The notes under the pieces: generated by a model | What the model was told of the DNA's origin: nothing | Database searches by the model: none | What the model saw: only the letters and a program-made list of their open reading frames with translations | Program-made: the position numbers and the translations under genes | Part shown: one piece after another, positions 26,601-31,249 of the stretch | Position numbering within the stretch: the stretch's first letter is position 1 | Layout: each line of letters starts with the position of its first letter | NCBI GenBank assembly: GCA_025455635.1 | Contig: JALOMF010000003.1 | Span: 1 to 31,249 of the forward strand | DNA from: Saprospiraceae bacterium | Lineage (GTDB): Bacteria; Bacteroidota; Bacteroidia; Chitinophagales; Saprospiraceae | Direction: 5' to 3' | DNA: 31,249 bases

Positions 26601-26933
26601 CATGTAGGGGTAACGGGCGCCCAGTTCGGGGTGCATGACCGGGGCTTCCACCACTTGGAATTCCTGCATGGAGCCGTCGGGCATGGGGATGGCCAGCGTT
26701 GCTTGCTTGTTTTCCGCCTGCGGCGAAAAGCGCATGGGGGCTGTGTCCAGCAAGGTTTTCAGGTAGTCGAGGTCGAGGCTGAGGCTGCGGTACTTGGTTG
26801 GTACGATGTGGCGCTGTGCGTCTTTTTTTGCGAAGCTGGACTCCGCCACATCCTGCCAAGGATTTTTGCTGGTTTGTGAAAATAGAACAATGGCGAGGAG
26901 TGTCGCCGAGAGTGTAGCTAGAAGTTTTTTCAT
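20658..26933 (-). CDS. T9SS-secreted reprolysin-like (M12B) zinc metalloprotease with P-domain, cadherin/CSPG-like domain, 12 SprB-like repeats and a C-terminal sorting domain
   Basis: Signal peptide; HEMGHQFGGNH zinc motif with Met-turn TIMGY; HSYVGDL...L.SP / GNWTLRITD P-domain; repeated GG.APYQYSLNGG; C-terminal PNPSDG..FDVVGR..LPNGSYLLR..KKLVV. Confidence 0.9.
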   Translation of the reverse strand: MKKLLATLSATLLAIVLFSQTSKNPWQDVAESSFAKKDAQRHIVPTKYRSLSLDLDYLKTLLDTAPMRFSPQAENKQATLAIPMPDGSMQEFQVVEAPVMHPELGARYPYMRSFAGWSKTDGTAYLRCGYTQKGFHAMILSANHSTAYIDIFAEGDDRHYISYFKKDYPNPHNFECLVEDSDAFDYGKSANPQSEIANLKSPGDCQHRNYALALACTGEYATFHGGTKPLVLAAFNVAMTRINGIYEREFAVTLTMVANTDLLIYLNANTDPYTNNDGGTMLDQNQTTCNSVIGNANYDIGHVFSTGGGGIAQLNSVCNTGGKARGVTGLGSPIGDPFYVDYVAHEMGHQFGGNHTQNNSCNRNGATAMEPGSASTIMGYAGICAPNVQNNSDDYFHAVNLGEIHNHITGNGNSCATTTASGNIAPVVTVAAASYNLPVSTPFVLTAQGLDANPSDVLTYCWEQMNNQVATMPPVSTNTGGPAFRSFNPATSPSRYFPSLSAIIAGTTPTWEVLPSVTRTMSFRCTVRDNHPGAGCTDEVNVSLNFNGSAGPFVVTNPNTSSVVWTGGSTATVAWNVAGTNLSPISTSQVQVLLSADGGNTYPYTLLTTTNNDGTESVLVPNISTTQARVMVKAQNNIYFDISNQNFTIQMAVNPNFVLTATADTASACQSGQASFTYNMLQLAGFSQAVTFTASGLPAGATATFTPNGVTPPANVVLTVGNLTGVAAGTYPFTVTGTGGSITNTDNLVLVVLDQVSASPSLGAPAAGAEVNVLQPTLTWAAVPNASQYLVEVSTSPNFATLTASGTVTTTSFQVPTALASLGIYYWRVRAINPCSQSAFAPFRAFHLGNIGCQTFNATGLPLAIPTVVGTVTKTLNVPISQSIISVKTTMNIDHSYVGDLEVELVSPQNTTRVVFDRPGVPASDFGCSGDDINASFSDAFTNTAAMFEAACNGSVPAISGDYQPMEAFSAFSSQNSQGNWTLRITDNYDDDGGSLLSWSLEICGLTASTAAVLLENEVLTVPQGQSGVVTNAYLQGQGTPAASLDFTLLSLPANGTLLLNGTPLGIGGSFAQADINAGLLAYDHNGSMTTSDQFTFDYQDNSGSWLHAQVFQINILQNNLAATAAITQSVTCFGVNNGVITVSASGGQAPLEYSLNGGAFQSSNIFSGLAPGAYTIMVKDVDGFTVSANALTISAVSALSASANVSTSTITVTASGGTGNLQYSIGGAFQASNTFSGVANGAYTVTVSDANGCTATTTALVAVNTLVVSASIMEGISCFGENDGVITVSTAGGTAPFQYAMNGGTPQSSNIFMNLVPGTYSFQVVDADGFSQTTSTVLLNNPVLLAASASVNMNTITVTAVGGTGALQYSLNGGAFQSGNTFTSLPNGSYTLTVRDANGCTATTTATVFVNNTIVSASITGSIGCFGGSNGQITVTASGGMAPYQYSLNGGAFQNSNVFGNLTAGTYTVSTLDADGTTTTAAPVTLIAPAQISATATATGYTVTVTASGGTGSLQYSLDGGALQGSNSFTPIANGAHTVTVVDANGCQTMANVTVSVAALGVSGSISQQISCAGGSNGQITATGTGGVPPYQYSLNGGAFQNGNTFPGLAAGSYVLSVNDSGGFTVSSSNITITAPTAIVVTPSTNAQTVTVTASGGTAPYQYQLGAGAFQSANTFSNVANGAATVTVMDANGCTATASVFVGGLPPNVFVSTTQPVSCHGDSDAIISVIGSGGVPPYQYSLNGGAFQSSNVFDGLPAGTYTVTVMGADGAMTTAPNIIVIDPPVLSVTASVAGLTVTATGTGGTGAYEYSLDGQNFEASNELTASSNGAYTLTIRDEYGCTATTGVVVNAVVAATISVGDITCSGESDGQIEIMGVTGGTPPYEYALNGGAFSSQTIYTDLGAGTYSVQVKDATGYVFEVPGIQVLEPTTLTANFQLALNNLSIVASGGTGQLMYSIDGGTSFQSSNVFNDLPLGTYPVVVMDENGCTFTGQVIVDMSAAGDRMDELGFEVLPNPSDGLFTLLIDLPTVAQLELTVFDVVGRQVFASQMDGVGAVRHPLDLRGLPNGSYLLRLGDGQHWGVKKLVVLRK

Positions 26934-27153
26934 GCGCTTAGGTGTGGTTGATAAAGTTGGTACTGAAGATTCATCCGTAACGGAGAACTTCCATTTTGAA
27001 ACAAGTGATTGGGAAATTACTGGCTAAAGGTATTGGCAACTAGGCAAAGTCCCATCAAAAAGCAGGGGTTTGGTAACAGGAAGGCAAAAAACAAGCCTCA
27101 CAACGGCAAAACCATTGTGAAGGCATTAAAAAGTAAAAAATGGTTAGCCAAGA

Positions 27154-28020
27154 TTAAAACGAAAACCCGATGGAGGCTTGAATGGAGACGTTGCGGTCGT
27201 CGTCTTCACGGGAGATGAACTCGCCGTTTTCGAGGGTCGAAAGCGATACGTCGGCCTTGGTTTTGGTAATGTCCAACATGCCGTAGTTCAGGCGGCCCGA
27301 TACATAGAGGCTCTTGCTCAGATAGACGGACACGCCGCCCACCAAGCCGAGGTCAATGGTCTTGTAGAGCTTTCCACGGCTTTCCACGAACTCGAAGTAG
27401 GCACCCGCCGTCTGTGGGTAAGGATAGTTGTTGTTGTTGATTTTAATGGTAGTTATCGGGTTGGAGAGGGTGAACCTACCCGGCTCATCGGCCAAGTAGT
27501 TGAAGTCAAGTTCGTGGTCGAAGCTGTTGGGCGTGGCATTGCCGGCAATATTGCTCATGCTCACGCTGCCGAAAGCCCTCGAACTGACCAAAAGTCCCAA
27601 GCTGGCCCCGCCATAGATTTCGACTCGGCTGTGGGGCTTTACATAAAAAGTGACGGGCACTTCGAGGTAGGTGTTGTTCAAGTTCAGTTCCTGTTTTCGC
27701 AGGCCCGACATGCGCACGATTTCGTCGTCAATGGTGATGAGGTTGTAGTAAGATTCGCCGTCGAAGCTGCGTTTTGCGCCTTTCTGGCTGTAAAGAAACT
27801 CGCCCCTAAGCCCCATCAAGTCGGTCATGTGCCAAGTGAAGGTCGCCCCAAAATGGAAGCCAACATTGCGGTCAATTGATTCGTTGGCAGTAGCGGATTC
27901 CTCCAGTTCGCCTTTGATATTGTTGAAACTCAGGCCAGTTTTGAAGCCAAAGCTGAAGTCTTGGGCTGTCGCAACGGTGGCGGAAAAAAGCACTGCACAT
28001 AGCACAATCAATCGGGACAT
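27154..28020 (-). CDS. Outer-membrane beta-barrel protein (PorT/OMP_b-brl_2-like)
   Basis: Signal peptide ending ATA-Q; FGFKTGLS, EFLYSQKG, YLEVP, terminal SIGFSF. Start taken at MSRLI (28020). Confidence 0.85.
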   Translation of the reverse strand: MSRLIVLCAVLFSATVATAQDFSFGFKTGLSFNNIKGELEESATANESIDRNVGFHFGATFTWHMTDLMGLRGEFLYSQKGAKRSFDGESYYNLITIDDEIVRMSGLRKQELNLNNTYLEVPVTFYVKPHSRVEIYGGASLGLLVSSRAFGSVSMSNIAGNATPNSFDHELDFNYLADEPGRFTLSNPITTIKINNNNYPYPQTAGAYFEFVESRGKLYKTIDLGLVGGVSVYLSKSLYVSGRLNYGMLDITKTKADVSLSTLENGEFISREDDDRNVSIQASIGFSF

Positions 28021-28190
28021 CGTATCTGATTTTATTTGAATTGAAAACTGGGGCGCAAGATAGCGGATTTGAGCTTTTCGCAAGACAAGCCAAAACAAGA
28101 TTCTGCCCACCTACGACCAAAAGGAGTTGAATCCAGCGCTTCCCGTTGTACCAAGCCCCAATTTTTACGCCCTAAAAACGTGCAAGCACT

Positions 28191-28198
28191 TATCTTTG
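28191..28198 (+). promoter_or_regulatory. -7 element (TATCTTTG) for asd, implying a leader of about 85 nt
   Basis: Exact TAnnTTTG match 92 nt before ATG 28291. Confidence 0.7.
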
Positions 28199-28290
28199 CC
28201 GCCCTGTTTCACCACGATTTGCCGCTGGCGCAACGAGCGGGTACCACCGTCCCGCTTTTGCCGAAGGCGCAAATAAAAATTTAGGAAAAA

Positions 28291-29295
28291 ATGAAAGTCG
28301 CAGTCGTTGGCGCCACCGGATTGGTAGGCACGGTCATGCTGGAAGTATTGCAGGAGCGCAAGTTCCCGGTCACGGACTTTTTGCCCGTCGCCTCCGAGCG
28401 CTCTGTGGGCAAGCCCATCGTCTTCAATGGCAAGGAGTACGCCATCGTGAGCATGGAAGCCGCCATCGCTGCCCGCCCCGATGTGGCCATTTTCAGCGCA
28501 GGCGGCAGCACCTCCAAGGAGTGGGCACCCAAGTTCGCCGAGGTAGGCACCACGGTCATTGACAACTCCTCGGCCTGGCGCATGGACCCCGACAAGAAGC
28601 TCGTGGTGCCCGAAGTGAACGCCCATGCGCTCACCCCATCGGACAAAATCATCGCCAACCCCAACTGCTCCACCATCCAGATGGTGGTGGCGCTGGAGCC
28701 GCTGCACCAAAAATTCAAGATAAAAAGGGTGGTAGTGAGCACCTACCAGAGCATCACGGGCACGGGCGTGAAGGCCGTGAAACAATACCAACTGGAGCAA
28801 AAAGGCTTCACGCCTGAGCCAGAAGAAATGGCCTACAAGTACCAAATCTTCGAGAACTGCCTGCCGCATATTGACGTTTTCACCGAAAACGGCTACACCA
28901 AGGAAGAGATGAAAATGGTCAACGAAACCAAGAAAATCATGGGCGACGACAGCATCGCCGTCACGGCCACCACCGTGCGTGTGCCCGTGCTGGGTGGCCA
29001 CTCGGAGAGCGTGAACGTTGAGTTTGAGCGCCCCTTCGAGCTGGCCGACGTCCGCCACCTGCTCGAAACCGCCCCCGGCGTCATCGTCGTGGACGATGTG
29101 GACAATTTCCAGTACCCGATGCCGCTGTTCAGCCGCCACAAGGACGAGGTGTTCGTGGGCCGCATCCGCCGTGACGAAAGCATCGCCAACGGCTTGAACC
29201 TCTGGATAGTGGCTGACAACCTGCGCAAGGGCGCTGCCACCAATGCCGTGCAAATTGCAGAGTACCTAGCCGGCAAGGGTTGGATTGGCAGTTGA
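28291..29295 (+). CDS. asd: Aspartate-semialdehyde dehydrogenase
   Basis: VVGATGLVG, FSAGG, IDNSSAWRM, ANPNCSTIQM, STYQSITG, RVPVLGGHSE, DNLRKGAATNAVQIAE. Confidence 0.97.
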   Translation: MKVAVVGATGLVGTVMLEVLQERKFPVTDFLPVASERSVGKPIVFNGKEYAIVSMEAAIAARPDVAIFSAGGSTSKEWAPKFAEVGTTVIDNSSAWRMDPDKKLVVPEVNAHALTPSDKIIANPNCSTIQMVVALEPLHQKFKIKRVVVSTYQSITGTGVKAVKQYQLEQKGFTPEPEEMAYKYQIFENCLPHIDVFTENGYTKEEMKMVNETKKIMGDDSIAVTATTVRVPVLGGHSESVNVEFERPFELADVRHLLETAPGVIVVDDVDNFQYPMPLFSRHKDEVFVGRIRRDESIANGLNLWIVADNLRKGAATNAVQIAEYLAGKGWIGS

Positions 29296-29435
29296 GGCCA
29301 TCCAATGAAGTAGCTTGCAGGTTGTGGGGATTTTATCCCTTGCCGAGCTTCCGAGCAGGTTGGCAATATTTTGGTGTAGTCTAGGCATAATTTGGTTTTA
29401 TATGAAAAAAGCCGAGGCTTCCACTCATAAAGCCA

Positions 29436-30437
29436 ATGCATGAGCGTTCAATGACCATGTTAAGACATCAAAAACCTGCAACCTACTTCATCGGAGTGTT
29501 TCTTGTTGTGCTGTTCGGCGCAGGTTTTTCTTTTTCCCACAGTGCCAAGGGCCCGTTTCCCAAACCCGAGCTCCCCTATCTTTCCAACGAAGAAGACACC
29601 GTCAAATACCGGGGCTATCGGCTCGACCTGACCAATTTCGAAGTGCTCAAGCGCACCGACGACTGGGTGAAAATCCGTTGCACCATCATCAACTCAGGCC
29701 GGGTGGACGTTGATTTTTCAAAAAAAGGCACCGAACACTGGGTGCAGGTGAACTTCGACCAGTCCCTTTTCGACAACAAGCTGGGCGGCCTGCGGGCCAA
29801 TATCCGCCAAGCCCTCTACGACGACGACTTCAAGCTGCCTGTCGGCAAAACCCAACCCAAGCAGGAACTCAAAGTACCCGTCCTACTTTCCACTAAATCA
29901 GCGCCTACCAAACCCGAAACTGAACTGGTCTCGGAACCCGAAATAGCCACCAAGCCCAGCGTCCCTGAGAACCAAAACCCCGCCGTGCTGACTGGCAAGG
30001 GCGGCGAGGAGGAGTTTTCAAGGCCTGCCCCAACACGCCCCGGCATCGCCGAGGATTGCCCCGACATCTACTTCCACCGGCTTCGCATCATCGAGCAGGA
30101 CGACAAATGGGCCACCCTTGAATACACCCTCGGGAACAAGGGCCACGGCGCCTTCAAGCTGTTTGACAAAAACCTCGAAAGGCTGCTGATAAAAGCATTT
30201 ATCTCCGGTGTGCCCACCCTCTCAAGGGGCGCACTCCCGGTCGGCGAACAAGTGGTGAAACTCCAGCCGGGCCAGCCGAACGACCTCCAGCCGGGCAGCA
30301 CCTTCACGGGCCGCATCAAGCTTGACGTGCGTAAAAAGACCCGCTACTTGAAGAGCCTGATTCTCTCCCTCGATTCCGACCAGTTCAAGCTGGAATGCGA
30401 CAAGACCAACAACACGGGAGCCGTGATTTTGGATTGA
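29436..30437 (+). CDS. Exported hypothetical protein with two Ig/CARDB-like domains (start could be 29451 or 29457)
   Basis: N-terminal hydrophobic segment; two similar blocks (KRTDDWVKIRCTIINSG / EQDDKWATLEYTLGNKG) joined by a Pro-rich linker; CARDB-like ending ECDKTNN. Confidence 0.75.
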   Translation: MHERSMTMLRHQKPATYFIGVFLVVLFGAGFSFSHSAKGPFPKPELPYLSNEEDTVKYRGYRLDLTNFEVLKRTDDWVKIRCTIINSGRVDVDFSKKGTEHWVQVNFDQSLFDNKLGGLRANIRQALYDDDFKLPVGKTQPKQELKVPVLLSTKSAPTKPETELVSEPEIATKPSVPENQNPAVLTGKGGEEEFSRPAPTRPGIAEDCPDIYFHRLRIIEQDDKWATLEYTLGNKGHGAFKLFDKNLERLLIKAFISGVPTLSRGALPVGEQVVKLQPGQPNDLQPGSTFTGRIKLDVRKKTRYLKSLILSLDSDQFKLECDKTNNTGAVILD

Positions 30438-30576
30438 GCGTTCTTTTTTATCCTTTGTTTTGCTTCGCAAAAACGGTGCTTTCAACGCTGAAAGACGCTG
30501 ATTTTTATGATTGTTGCGGAGCAAAAACACATTGAATCAAAAAAAATCAGCGTCCTTCAGCATCAAAACCACACCA

Positions 30577-30611
30577 AGAAGGGTTGAAAGCCGTTGGCTT
30601 TCAACCCTTCT
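30577..30611. terminator. Perfect 16-bp hairpin
   Basis: agaagggttgaaagcc-gtt-ggctttcaacccttct. Confidence 0.55.
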
Positions 30612-30680
30612 CACTTTACTACAAAATCCCTGGCAAATGAGCCGCCTAAACCTAGCGCCTGCTTTTTTGTTCGACCTGCT

Positions 30681-30688
30681 TACCTTTG
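30681..30688 (+). promoter_or_regulatory. -7 element (TACCTTTG)
   Basis: Exact TAnnTTTG match upstream of ATG 30764. Confidence 0.7.
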
Positions 30689-30763
30689 CGCCGCCAAAAA
30701 CTGATTTGGTGGCATTTGTGACCTTAACCCGTTTCGTACCACATCATTTTTCATAAAATAACA

Positions 30764-31249
30764 ATGAGCAAATCGTTCCATAACCTGACCGTGAAGCAGG
30801 TCACCCGTGAGACTGCCGACACCGTAACCCTCAGCTTCGACGTGCCTGCCGACCTCGCCGACCAGTACAAGTTCGTGCAGGGGCAATACCTCACCCTCCG
30901 CTTTAACATTGGTGGGAATGAAGAGCGCCGCAGCTATTCCATGTGCAGCAGCCCGCTTGAGAGCGGCCTCAGTGTCACGGTGAAAAAAGTGAAAGGCGGC
31001 AAGGTGTCGAACCATGTACACGACCGGGTGAAGGCTGGCGACACCGTGGAGGTGATGACGCCCGATGGCCGTTTTTTCACCGAACTCCACGACGAAAACA
31101 AGAAAAACTACTACCTCGTGGGCGCAGGAAGCGGCATCACCCCGCTCATGTCCATCCTGAAAACGATACTGGAAACCGAGCCGATGAGCTTCGTTTTTCT
31201 GCTCTACGGCAGCCGCAGCGAGGAGGAAATCATTTTCAAAAAACAACTG
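30764..31249 (+). CDS. FAD/NAD-binding ferredoxin reductase, PaaE-like (3' end outside window)
   Basis: My translation from ATG 30764: MSKSFHNLTVKQV...QGQYLTL...ERRSYSMCSSP...GGKVSN...GAGSGITPLMSI...LYGSR. Not in the ORF track because it runs off the window. Confidence 0.88.
   Translation, partial: MSKSFHNLTVKQVTRETADTVTLSFDVPADLADQYKFVQGQYLTLRFNIGGNEERRSYSMCSSPLESGLSVTVKKVKGGKVSNHVHDRVKAGDTVEVMTPDGRFFTELHDENKKNYYLVGAGSGITPLMSILKTILETEPMSFVFLLYGSRSEEEIIFKKQL

Overview
A 31.2-kb, mostly GC-rich chromosomal window from a Bacteroidota bacterium (Saprospiraceae-like). Evidence: TAnnTTTG -7 promoter boxes, A-rich start contexts without Shine-Dalgarno sequences, gldH, and a T9SS-type C-terminal domain. 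Most genes are housekeeping or metabolic (recD2, alkB, gldH, class IV aminotransferase, nadB, anmK, cytochrome c, murA, GH29 fucosidase, FAD oxidoreductase, asd, PaaE-like reductase), plus a 2091-aa secreted metalloprotease/adhesin. Three things stand out. (1) An AT-rich ABC-type ATPase + HNH nuclease operon (Septu/PtuAB-like defence module) sits right after recD2; its nuclease has an in-frame TAA, and its ATPase alternates host-like and AT-rich codon blocks. (2) An intact 1162-aa SWIM-SNF2 protein has lost motifs III, V and VI, so it is a candidate pseudo-ATPase. (3) A family of palindromes built from tandem 7-, 8- and 9/10-mers fills several intergenic gaps and has also entered coding sequences in frame. 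No CRISPR array, rRNA, tRNA, transposase or reverse transcriptase was seen. Family assignments rest on motif recognition only; no database searches were run.
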